A DNA stretch of 64,000 bases from Saccharofermentans sp. (GTDB lineage: Bacteria; Bacillota; Clostridia; Saccharofermentanales; Saccharofermentanaceae), in contig JAZUDM010000038.1 in assembly GCA_045639635.1 (NCBI GenBank), positions 1,747 to 65,746 of the forward strand, given 5' to 3'. Below the pieces are notes generated by a model. The model made no database searches. It worked only from the letters and a program-made list of their open reading frames with translations, and had not been told where the DNA came from. Of this stretch, positions 56,624-64,000 are shown piece by piece. The stretch's first letter is position 1; the number at the start of each line of letters is the position of its first letter. A program made the position numbers and the translations under genes.

Positions 56624-56660
56624 AAAGACCATCACTTCATGGTGTGATGGTCTTTTTATT
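56624..56660. terminator. Bidirectional intrinsic terminator
   Basis: AAAGACCATCAC-N8-GTGATGGTCTTT-TTATT between convergent genes. Confidence 0.85.
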
Positions 56661-56664
56661 TGCG

Positions 56665-58245
56665 TTAGTTTGGATTTGGCTTTGCCATGTGACTATAAAA
56701 GAACGTGTCTTCGTAATCGTATACGTAGAAGTTTTGGCTACATATATAAGCGCGTTGCTTTGTTCCTATATTTTCAAGAGAACAAACGTCATCAGCTCCC
56801 TTTTGGCCTTCAAGCGTTGATGTAAAGATTACAAGGAACATCTGAAGTGCCACGCATGCCATAACTAAAATCAAAAAACTCTTTCCCAAAAGTCTTAAAG
56901 ACAGATGAAGATTCTTTGCGTTCTCGCCTTTGTACTTTGCGGCAAATCCTGAAAGGAAGTCAGCAAACATAATAGTAAGCACAAAGAATAATGGCATTGC
57001 GCCTCTCATAGTGAAGTCATTCTGATACGTAATCTTATAAAAAGGCATAAGCATCAGCGCAATTATAACTGTCCAGAAAAGGCCATCCTTAAAGTGTCTC
57101 TTTCCAAATAAAAGGAAAGAAGGAAGAATCTCAATTACGAATACAAATAAGTAGCCAAGAAGGAACTTTCCAAAACCTCCATAGAAGGAAATTGTATTGC
57201 CGCTTATTGAAGTTGCACCGGAGTTTGCCATATACATTGGAGCAAAGCAGAGGAAAAGTACTGCCGCAGGAATAATGTTTCCGATAGAAAGAATATTCTT
57301 TATAGAAACCTTGTCGTTTGAAAGGCGCATCTTCTTTGCGAAAAGATAGTAAACAGCAATTGGGAGCATACCGAATGTAGCCCATGGAGAGTACGCAAAA
57401 CATGTTCCTGCAATTAATCCTTCAGATCTTGTGTTCTTCTGAAGTCCAAGTAAAACAACAATCAAATAGCATGGAATAACCTGATTAAATACATTCAAAA
57501 GGTTATTGATATTACTTATATAAACAATGTGCTGAGTATAACCTTCGAGCCACATCCATGACTCTTTCCCTGCAAAGAACTCAAAATAAATATAAGGAAT
57601 AATATCAAGTCCAGAGAAAAACACCAAAGCAAATACTGAAAGGTATGTTTCTCTCTTACAAATCATGCTGATTCCAAGAATAATTAAAAACAAACCAAGT
57701 GCTGACCAAAGCAAAAGTGCCACATTACCTGCACCAAAGCCAAAGACTTTACCAACTAAGGCTGGAATCATCCAGAATGAGAAATAGTAAGAGAAAGCTG
57801 CCTGTGTATCAGGGAACATCGCGTTGATTTCAGGATTTTCCATCTTGGTAAGATCCAAAAATACTGGCCACTTATGTGAAACCAGATCTCTAAAGATAGC
57901 TCTTCTGAAGGCATGGTCATCTACAGACCAGATATATTCACCAATACCTAAAGCATATGCCAAAAGAACTGAAAGTATAGAAATTACAATAAGATAAACG
58001 ATGCTTACATCAAAATGGCTGTCTTTAGAAAGGACGTTACTATTATCCTTGTTAGCATCCTTAAAAGCATAACAAATAGCAAATCCAAGCAAAAGGCTTG
58101 CAGGAAGAGCGATATAAAGCCTGAGCCAGGCGAAGAAAAACACAAGAATTGGGGCAATAAGATATATCACCGATATCAAAAAGAAAACACGATGTGAGAT
58201 GGAAACTTTGCCTGATTTCTTATTGTTAACGTCATTTTTTCGCAT
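56665..58245 (-). CDS. Polytopic membrane protein, GT-C-like (paralogue of 22111..23652)
   Basis: DDHAFRRAIFRDLVSHKWPV, YYFSFWMIPALVGKVFG, NVFNQVIP, YSPWATFGMLP, NDFTMRGAM. Confidence 0.55.
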   Translation of the reverse strand: MRKNDVNNKKSGKVSISHRVFFLISVIYLIAPILVFFFAWLRLYIALPASLLLGFAICYAFKDANKDNSNVLSKDSHFDVSIVYLIVISILSVLLAYALGIGEYIWSVDDHAFRRAIFRDLVSHKWPVFLDLTKMENPEINAMFPDTQAAFSYYFSFWMIPALVGKVFGFGAGNVALLLWSALGLFLIILGISMICKRETYLSVFALVFFSGLDIIPYIYFEFFAGKESWMWLEGYTQHIVYISNINNLLNVFNQVIPCYLIVVLLGLQKNTRSEGLIAGTCFAYSPWATFGMLPIAVYYLFAKKMRLSNDKVSIKNILSIGNIIPAAVLFLCFAPMYMANSGATSISGNTISFYGGFGKFLLGYLFVFVIEILPSFLLFGKRHFKDGLFWTVIIALMLMPFYKITYQNDFTMRGAMPLFFVLTIMFADFLSGFAAKYKGENAKNLHLSLRLLGKSFLILVMACVALQMFLVIFTSTLEGQKGADDVCSLENIGTKQRAYICSQNFYVYDYEDTFFYSHMAKPNPN

Positions 58246-58329
58246 GTTCTTATACTAAAGGGTTTAATTCGAAATGTTAAGCCTTAAGTCAAAACATTTA
58301 CAAAATTTAGCATATTTCTGTCATTAATA

Positions 58330-58358
58330 TTGAAAACCTACTATTTTGATAGTATTAT
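58330..58358 (+). promoter_or_regulatory. rrf2 promoter with operator box in the spacer
   Basis: TTGAAA (58330-35), 17 bp, TATTAT (58353-58). CCTA-ctattttga-TAGT at 58337-58353. Confidence 0.7.
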
Positions 58359-58389
58359 GGTATTATCTTATTTTCCAGGAGTTTTTACC

Positions 58390-58830
58390 ATGAAAATTTC
58401 TACTAAGGGACGCTATGCGCTCCGTATGTTAATCGATTTGGCATCACATAAGTCTGAGGGTTATGTTGCACTTAAGACTATTGCTGAGCGCCAGGATATT
58501 TCAAAAAAATACTTGGAGCAGATTGTTCCAATTCTTAATCGTACAGATATTCTTATTACTAACCGTGGTTTCCAGGGAGGCTATGCTCTCGGCCGCGATG
58601 CTTCCAGCATCACTATTGGCGAAGTATTAAGACTTACTGAGGGCAGCCTTGCACCTGTTGCATGCATGTCTTCTAGCGGTTCTATCAACTGCGACAGAAG
58701 TTCAACATGCCCTACACTCCCAATCTGGAAGGGACTTAACGAAGTAGTTAATAACTATCTTGATAGTATTACTATTCAGGATGTCGTTGATCAGACTAAC
58801 GCAGTTGGCGCAGACGACTACATTATCTAA
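58390..58830 (+). CDS. Rrf2 family transcriptional regulator (IscR/CymR-like, three-Cys motif)
   Basis: MKISTKGRYALR, ISKKYLEQI, RGFQGGYAL, EGSLAPVACMSSSGSINCDRSSTC. AGGAG SD before ATG 58390. Confidence 0.93.
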   Translation: MKISTKGRYALRMLIDLASHKSEGYVALKTIAERQDISKKYLEQIVPILNRTDILITNRGFQGGYALGRDASSITIGEVLRLTEGSLAPVACMSSSGSINCDRSSTCPTLPIWKGLNEVVNNYLDSITIQDVVDQTNAVGADDYII

Positions 58831-58860
58831 GTATTTCTTTGTTTTTGTTTTTTCTATATA

Positions 58861-58905
58861 AGGCTATTTCCTAAGTTTACTCCTTAGGAAATAGCCTCTT
58901 TTTTG
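58861..58905 (+). terminator. Intrinsic terminator of rrf2
   Basis: 15-bp stem AGGCTATTTCCTAAG-N7-CTTAGGAAATAGCCT followed by CTTTTTT. Confidence 0.85.
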
Positions 58906-58919
58906 TTTTTTACGCATAC

Positions 58920-58951
58920 GAAAAGGCCCCGCTAACAGTAAAACGGAGCCT
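58920..58951 (-). terminator. Probable terminator of cysK
   Basis: Minus strand AGGCTCCG...CGGGGCCT (with G-U pairs) followed by TTT. Confidence 0.55.
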
Positions 58952-58981
58952 CTTCAAAAAAGGTGTTTATGTCAGATTTTA

Positions 58982-59911
58982 TTAATCCTGGAAAAGTGGA
59001 GTTGAAAGATATCTGTCACCTGTATCTGGAAGGAGAACTACAATATTCTTTCCCTTGAACTCATCACGCTTTGAAAGTTCTGTTGCTGCGTAAAGTGCTG
59101 CACCAGAAGAAATACCTACAAGTACACCCTCACTTCTTGCAAAAGCTCTTCCTGTCTTAAATGCATCATCGTTCTCAACCTTGAATACTTCGTCGTAGAT
59201 TGAAGTATTAAGCGTATCTGGAACAAATCCAGCACCGATACCCTGAATCTTATGTGGGCCTGCAACGCCCTCTGAAAGAACTGGTGAACCAGCTGGCTCA
59301 ACTGCAATTACCTTAACATCAGGATTCTGCTTCTTAAGATATGCACCAACACCTGAAACTGTACCACCTGTACCAACACCAGCTACAAATACATCTACCT
59401 TACCCTCGAGGTCTGTCCAGATTTCAGGACCTGTTGTTGCCTCATGGATTGCTGGGTTAGCTGGGTTTACGAACTGGCCAGGGATAATGCTGTTTGGTGT
59501 TTCCTTCTGGATTTCTTCTGCCTTGGCGATTGCACCCTTCATTCCCTTTGAACCATCTGTAAGAACGAGCTCAGCGCCGTATGCCTTAAGAAGATTTCTT
59601 CTTTCAACTGACATTGTCTCTGGCATTGTGATAATGATCTTATATCCTCTTGCAGCTGCTACAGAAGCAAGACCGATACCTGTGTTACCTGATGTAGGCT
59701 CAATGATTGTTCCACCTGGAAGAAGCTTTCCTGTTGCCTCAGCATCGTCGATCATTGCCTTTGCAACTCTGTCCTTAACGCTTCCAGCTGGGTTAAAGTA
59801 CTCAAGCTTTGCGTAAATATTTGCCTCAGCACCATTTGCCTTACTGTAGTTATCAACCTTAAGAAGTGGTGTGCCTCCGATTAAGTCTGTTACCTTGTTT
59901 ACTAATGCCAT
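58982..59911 (-). CDS. cysK: Cysteine synthase A (O-acetylserine sulfhydrylase)
   Basis: [20 protein letters not shown] (PLP Lys), [39 protein letters not shown]. Confidence 0.98.
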   Translation of the reverse strand: MALVNKVTDLIGGTPLLKVDNYSKANGAEANIYAKLEYFNPAGSVKDRVAKAMIDDAEATGKLLPGGTIIEPTSGNTGIGLASVAAARGYKIIITMPETMSVERRNLLKAYGAELVLTDGSKGMKGAIAKAEEIQKETPNSIIPGQFVNPANPAIHEATTGPEIWTDLEGKVDVFVAGVGTGGTVSGVGAYLKKQNPDVKVIAVEPAGSPVLSEGVAGPHKIQGIGAGFVPDTLNTSIYDEVFKVENDDAFKTGRAFARSEGVLVGISSGAALYAATELSKRDEFKGKNIVVLLPDTGDRYLSTPLFQD

Positions 59912-59988
59912 AATAGTTACTCCTTTTATGTTTTTATTTTTATATTTACTAATTGATATTGCCGATTCGGTACACTTTGTACCTAATG

Positions 59989-60036
59989 CCTATCGGCTTT
60001 GTAGGTTTATTCTAACACCACAATTTCTAATGTCAA
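59989..60036 (-). promoter_or_regulatory. cysK promoter and operator box 1
   Basis: Minus strand TTGACA (60036-31), 16 bp, TGT-TAGAAT (60014-09). CCTA-tcggctttg-TAGG at 59989-60005. Confidence 0.75.
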
Positions 60037-60062
60037 TAGTTTTGCGAAAAATAATTTCCACT

Positions 60063-60135
60063 AAACCTATTGACAAACTAGGAATTAGGACGTAATATAC
60101 TGTCACAAGCAATTCCTACAACAACAATAGGAATT
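60063..60135 (+). promoter_or_regulatory. metY promoter with operator boxes 2 and 3 (CymR-type)
   Basis: TTGACA (60070-75), 17 bp, TAATAT (60093-98). AAACCTA-ttgacaaac-TAGGAATT (60063-86) and AATTCCTA-caacaacaa-TAGGAATT (60111-35). Confidence 0.8.
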
Positions 60136-60164
60136 AAGGGAATTGAAAACAGAGGTGTTTATTT

Positions 60165-60233
60165 ATGAAACAGTTATTACAAAAGATTATTAGAGAAAAC
60201 TACAGAAACGGACGAATGTGTACTTGTTGTTGA
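60165..60233 (+). CDS. Cysteine-rich leader peptide / small ORF, 22 aa (absent from the ORF track)
   Basis: GAGGTG SD 7 nt before ATG; MKQLLQKIIRENYRNGRMCTCC-stop; lies in the metY leader. Confidence 0.65.
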   Translation: MKQLLQKIIRENYRNGRMCTCC

Positions 60234-60299
60234 TCCTACATAAAACTTTTAACAACAAAAATAAATCAATTTAAATAATAGAAAAACGAGGTGCACATT

Positions 60300-61598
60300 A
60301 TGTCATATTCATACGCAAACAATTATAAGTTCGAAACAATCCAGCTTCACGCAGGTCAGGAAAATCCAGATCCAACAACAGACGCAAGAGCAGTACCTAT
60401 TTACCTTACTTCTTCTTTCGTCTTCCACAATTCCGAGCATGCAGCTGACAGATTTGGTCTTAGAGATGCTGGTAACATCTACGGAAGACTTACAAACCCA
60501 ACACAGAGCGTTTTCGAAGAGAGAATCGCAGCTCTCGAGGGTGGTGTAGCAGCACTTGCAGTAAGTTCTGGTGCAGCAGCAATCACATATGCTATCCAGG
60601 CTGCAGCACACGCAGGCGATCACGTAATCGCAGCATCTAACATTTACGGTGGTACATTTAACCTTCTTAAGCACACTTTGAAGGAGTTCGGCATTGAGAC
60701 AACATTCGTAGACCCATTCGATTACGATGCTCTCGAGGCAGCTTTTAAGGAGAATACAAAGGCAATCGAGATTGAGACACTCGGAAATCCTAATTCTGAA
60801 GTAGTTGATATTGCGAAAATTGCTGAGATTGCTCACAAGCACAACGTACCACTTATCGTAGATAACACATTCGCTACTCCATATCTTGTAAGACCTATCG
60901 AGTACGGTGCTGATATCGTAGTTCACTCAGCTACTAAGTTTATCGGTGGTCACGGTACATCAATCGGTGGTGTTATCATTGATTCTGGTAACTTTGACTG
61001 GATTGGTGCTAATAAGTATCCATGGCTCGTTGATCCAAACCCAAGCTACCACGGTGTAAGCTTTGCCAAGGACGTTGGAGCTGCTGCTTTCGTAACTTAT
61101 ATCAGAGCTATTCTTTTGAGAGATACAGGTGCTACACTTTCTCCTGTTCATGCATTCATTTTCCTTCAGGGATTGGAGACTCTTTCACTTCGTGTAGAGC
61201 GTCACGTTGAGAATGCACTTAAGGTTGCAAAGTTCCTTTCAGAGCAGCCACAGGTTAAGAGCGTAAGTCACCCATCTTTGACAACAGACCCTGCACAGCA
61301 GGCACTTTATAAGAAGTACTTCCCTAACGGTGGTGGATCAATCTTTACATTTGAGATCAATGGTGGCGCAGCAGAGGCTAAGAAGTTCATTGATAATTTG
61401 AACCTCTTCTCACTCCTTGCTAACGTAGCTGACGTTAAGTCACTTGCTATCCATCCAGCTTCTACAACACACTCAGAGGATAACGATGAGGAGCTCGCTC
61501 TCCAGGGAATCACACAGTCAACAATCCGTCTCTCAATTGGTGTTGAGCATATTGATGACATCCTCGCTGACTTAAAGCAGGCATTCGATAACCTTTAA
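60300..61598 (+). CDS. metY: O-acetylhomoserine (thiol)-lyase / aminocarboxypropyltransferase
   Basis: FETIQLHAGQ, PIYLTSSFVF, IYGRLTNPT, VDNTFATP, HSATKFIGGHG (PLP Lys), LANVADVKSLAIHPASTTH. GAGGTG SD before ATG 60300. Confidence 0.96.
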   Translation: MSYSYANNYKFETIQLHAGQENPDPTTDARAVPIYLTSSFVFHNSEHAADRFGLRDAGNIYGRLTNPTQSVFEERIAALEGGVAALAVSSGAAAITYAIQAAAHAGDHVIAASNIYGGTFNLLKHTLKEFGIETTFVDPFDYDALEAAFKENTKAIEIETLGNPNSEVVDIAKIAEIAHKHNVPLIVDNTFATPYLVRPIEYGADIVVHSATKFIGGHGTSIGGVIIDSGNFDWIGANKYPWLVDPNPSYHGVSFAKDVGAAAFVTYIRAILLRDTGATLSPVHAFIFLQGLETLSLRVERHVENALKVAKFLSEQPQVKSVSHPSLTTDPAQQALYKKYFPNGGGSIFTFEINGGAAEAKKFIDNLNLFSLLANVADVKSLAIHPASTTHSEDNDEELALQGITQSTIRLSIGVEHIDDILADLKQAFDNL

Positions 61599-61631
61599 TA
61601 ATTAAAAATAAATATAAACATAAGCCATAAT

Positions 61632-61667
61632 AAAACCTCCACATCACATTCGTGGAGGTTTTGTTTG
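61632..61667. terminator. Bidirectional intrinsic terminator
   Basis: AAAACCTCCAC-N9-GTGGAGGTTTT-GTTT. Confidence 0.85.
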
Positions 61668-61668
61668 C

Positions 61669-62469
61669 TTAAAATCCCATATTTTCCAGGTCAACTACAA
61701 CCTTCTCGTATACTTCCAAAATATCAGATACGCCTTCACCTTTCTTACTTGTAAAAGGCTTTCTTCTAAAATCAACTTCATCGCAATGGGAAATTCCGCG
61801 ATTACTGTTGGACTTAACTACACCTTTATAGTCGCCCCACATAACTGAACTTGGAGCAAGAAGGCCATCGTTTTGTCCATCGAAAATATTTACTACAAGG
61901 TTTGTAAACCACAAAAACATATCTGAAGTAAATCTCTTCATGACGAAAGCATAACTTTGGTAGTAAATTCCATCCACATCAGGATTTTCTTCGTTAAACT
62001 TCTGGGCATTTTCAGTTTTAAAACTATAAATAGCAGTATAAGTATCAGGGTACTTATCGCCTCGCATCTTAAACCAGCCATCTACAAGCTTACAGAAAAT
62101 CTTAATAACAAACTTTGGAAGTTTTAAAAGGAAATCTACTGTCTTAGAACCGTTATGTGGTGTCTGCATCGTTGTAATTGATGCAATCTTATCCCCATAA
62201 CCCATAGTGGATGCAATATAACGAGCTTCAAGGCCGCCTTTACTATGAGCGATTATGTTTACTTTAGACGCACCAGTTTCTTTTAAAATTTCATCTATCC
62301 TATTAGCTACAAACTTACCATTACTTTCAATTGACGCATCAACATCCTGGCCACTTAAGTAAACCTTAAGGCCCATCTCATCTAATTCCTGAGGAACTCT
62401 TCCCCAGTATTTAAAAATACCGTCGTCACTAAACCACATTCCGTGAACCAAAAGAACTGGATACTTCAT
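61669..62469 (-). CDS. Alpha/beta-hydrolase lipase/esterase
   Basis: YPVLLVHG, IIAHSKGGLEAR (nucleophile Ser), TPHNGS, NDGL, ISH. GGAGG SD before ATG 62469. Confidence 0.9.
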   Translation of the reverse strand: MKYPVLLVHGMWFSDDGIFKYWGRVPQELDEMGLKVYLSGQDVDASIESNGKFVANRIDEILKETGASKVNIIAHSKGGLEARYIASTMGYGDKIASITTMQTPHNGSKTVDFLLKLPKFVIKIFCKLVDGWFKMRGDKYPDTYTAIYSFKTENAQKFNEENPDVDGIYYQSYAFVMKRFTSDMFLWFTNLVVNIFDGQNDGLLAPSSVMWGDYKGVVKSNSNRGISHCDEVDFRRKPFTSKKGEGVSDILEVYEKVVVDLENMGF

Positions 62470-62567
62470 ATCAAATCCCTCCGATTTCAAATAAATAAGA
62501 GCCCTGATTAACAGGACTCTTACAGTATAGTTGTATTTTAATAATCTAACTAATACGGGGGTATTTA

Positions 62568-63053
62568 TTAAAGCTGAACTTCCATGATCTCAATTACTAC
62601 TGGCTCAAGTGGCTTATCTGAGTAATTTGTCTTAACAGAAGCAATCTTATCTACTACCTCGATACCCTCGATAACCTTACCGAAAGCAGCATACTCACCA
62701 TCAAGGTGTGGAGCATTCTCATGCATGATGAAGAACTGTGATCCAGCTGAGTTAGGGAGCATTGAACGAGCCATTGAAAGAACTCCACGCTCGTGCTTCA
62801 AATCATTAGCAACACCATTTGATCTGAACTCACCCTTGATCTGCCATCCTGGGCCACCCATACCTGTACCATCTGGGCAACCACCCTGAATCATGAATCC
62901 CTCGATTACACGGTGGAATGTAAGTCCGTTATAGAAACCTGAGCTTGCAAGCTTAATGAAGTTCTCAACAGTGATTGGAGCGTACTCTGGATAAAGCTCA
63001 CACTTGATATCACCCATATCCTTAATCTTCATTGTTACGATTGGATTTGCCAT
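62568..63053 (-). CDS. Cyclophilin-type peptidyl-prolyl isomerase
   Basis: APITVENF, FYNGLTFHRVIEGFMIQGG, GVLSMAR, SAGSQFFI, HLDGEYAAFGKV. Confidence 0.96.
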   Translation of the reverse strand: MANPIVTMKIKDMGDIKCELYPEYAPITVENFIKLASSGFYNGLTFHRVIEGFMIQGGCPDGTGMGGPGWQIKGEFRSNGVANDLKHERGVLSMARSMLPNSAGSQFFIMHENAPHLDGEYAAFGKVIEGIEVVDKIASVKTNYSDKPLEPVVIEIMEVQL

Positions 63054-63081
63054 AAATATATCTCCTTATTAATTAATAACA

Positions 63082-63112
63082 AATTAAAGGTCCGCAGAAG
63101 CCTACGGACCTT
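63082..63112 (-). terminator. Probable terminator after the SPFH gene
   Basis: AAGGTCCG-N10-CGGACCTT with a T-rich tail on the minus strand. Confidence 0.55.
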
Positions 63113-63143
63113 CATTATATCTTATTTTTTAAGAAGTTACGAA

Positions 63144-64000
63144 TCAATTGTCCTTGATTGTTTCCTTAAGGCCAGCTGCAAGACCAGCAAGTCCCTGAAT
63201 CTCTGATGGGATGATGATCTTTGTTGCCTTGCCATCAGCAGCCTTCTCGAATGCCTCGAGGCTTCTGATCTTGATAAGGCTCTCATCAGCTCCTACATCC
63301 TTGATCATCTGGAGACCCTTAGCTGTAGCTTCCTGTACTGCGAGGATAGCCTGAGCCTGACCTTCAGCCTCACGGATAGCTGCCTGCTTCTTAGCCTCAG
63401 CTCTAAGGATTGCTGACTCCTTCTCACCTTCTGCAACACGGATAGCAGCTTCCTTCTGACCTTCAGCGATGAGGATTGACTCTCTCTTCTCACGCTCAGC
63501 CTTCATCTGCTTCTCCATGGCTACCTGAATCTCACGTGGTGGGATGATGTTCTTAAGCTCTACTCTGTTAACCTTGATGCCCCATGGGTCTGTTGCCTCA
63601 TCGAGGATCTCTCTCATCTTTGAGTTAATGATATCTCTTGATGTGAGTGTCTGGTCGAGCTCGAGCTCACCAATGATGTTACGAAGTGTTGTAGCTGAAA
63701 GATTCTCAATAGCTGTGATAGGACGCTCAATGCCGTATGTATAGAGCTTTGGATCTACGATCTGATAGAACAAAACTGTATCAATCTGCATTGTTACGTT
63801 ATCCTTTGTGATAACAGCCTGTGGAGCAAAGTCTGCAACCTTCTCCTTCAAAGAAATCTTCTTAGCAACCTTGTCGATTACAGGCCACTTAAAGTGGATA
63901 CCTGTCTCCCATGTTGTCTGATAAGCACCGAAGCGCTCAATGATGAATGTTGTTGCCTGTGGTACAACCTTGATGCATGAAACTGCAATTACGATAAGTA
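63144..64000 (-). CDS. SPFH/band-7 (QmcA-like) membrane protein, 5'-truncated by window edge
   Basis: Frame is open to the edge: ...IVIAVSCIKVVPQATTFIIERFGAY...; QAVITKDNVTMQID, DEATDPWGIKVNRVELKNI, KQMKAEREKR. Confidence 0.93.
   Translation of the reverse strand, partial: LIVIAVSCIKVVPQATTFIIERFGAYQTTWETGIHFKWPVIDKVAKKISLKEKVADFAPQAVITKDNVTMQIDTVLFYQIVDPKLYTYGIERPITAIENLSATTLRNIIGELELDQTLTSRDIINSKMREILDEATDPWGIKVNRVELKNIIPPREIQVAMEKQMKAEREKRESILIAEGQKEAAIRVAEGEKESAILRAEAKKQAAIREAEGQAQAILAVQEATAKGLQMIKDVGADESLIKIRSLEAFEKAADGKATKIIIPSEIQGLAGLAAGLKETIKDN

Noticed and set aside
58861-58897. Operator-like TTCCTA...TAGGAA core within the rrf2 terminator
   Set aside because: Spacing is N11 rather than N9, and the sequence is fully explained as a terminator stem.
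60100-60299. SAM (S-box) riboswitch or T-box upstream of metY
   Set aside because: No S-box or T-box consensus and no terminator hairpin; the leader is occupied by an operator and the short Cys-rich ORF.
1-64000. CRISPR arrays, tRNA/rRNA genes, IS elements, prophage or defence genes
   Set aside because: No regularly spaced repeats, cloverleaf-compatible segments, transposase/integrase motifs or phage genes were seen. The DnaD/DnaC-like pair sits among chromosomal housekeeping genes, not in a phage replication module.

Overview
AT-rich bacterial chromosomal DNA, most likely a Firmicute/Clostridia (inferred from sigma-A-type promoters, Shine-Dalgarno sites, DnaD/DnaC-like, VanW, YfhO and Asp23 genes). 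It is dominated by cell-envelope functions. (1) A type IV pilus assembly operon, pilB-pilT-pilC-pilM-pilN-pilO (- strand, runs off the left edge), faces a divergent prepilin-peptidase-like gene, and a separately transcribed 655-aa PilX-type minor pilin/adhesin lies nearby. (2) Five GT-C-like membrane proteins (three YfhO-like, two paralogues of another family) and a GtrB/CsbB-like GT2 are spread across the window. (3) A housekeeping stretch holds htrA, yigZ, serS, rpmB, acpS, a dnaD/dnaC-like pair and vanW. (4) A ~17-kb glycan locus encodes a priming transferase, GT2, five GT4s, ManC, a phosphohexomutase, Gmd + Rmd (GDP-D-rhamnose pathway) and a Wzm/Wzt exporter. (5) A sulfur module consists of an Rrf2 regulator, cysK and metY. 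I found no rRNA, tRNA, CRISPR array or mobile element. The most notable unannotated signal is a 22-aa ORF ending in Cys-Thr-Cys-Cys in the metY leader. It lies within a region carrying four CCTA-N9-TAG(G/T) operator boxes at the rrf2, cysK and metY promoters. Other highlights: several proteins that keep their fold but lost catalytic motifs (PilD peptidase domain, NlpC/P60, Nudix, DnaC-like, DsrE-like, one YfhO); stand-alone coiled-coil proteins and an acidic insert in Wzt; a terminator-like hairpin inside the rhamnan operon; a 36-aa membrane peptide after htrA; and three apparently leaderless genes. Family assignments come from my recognition of motifs; no database searches were run.
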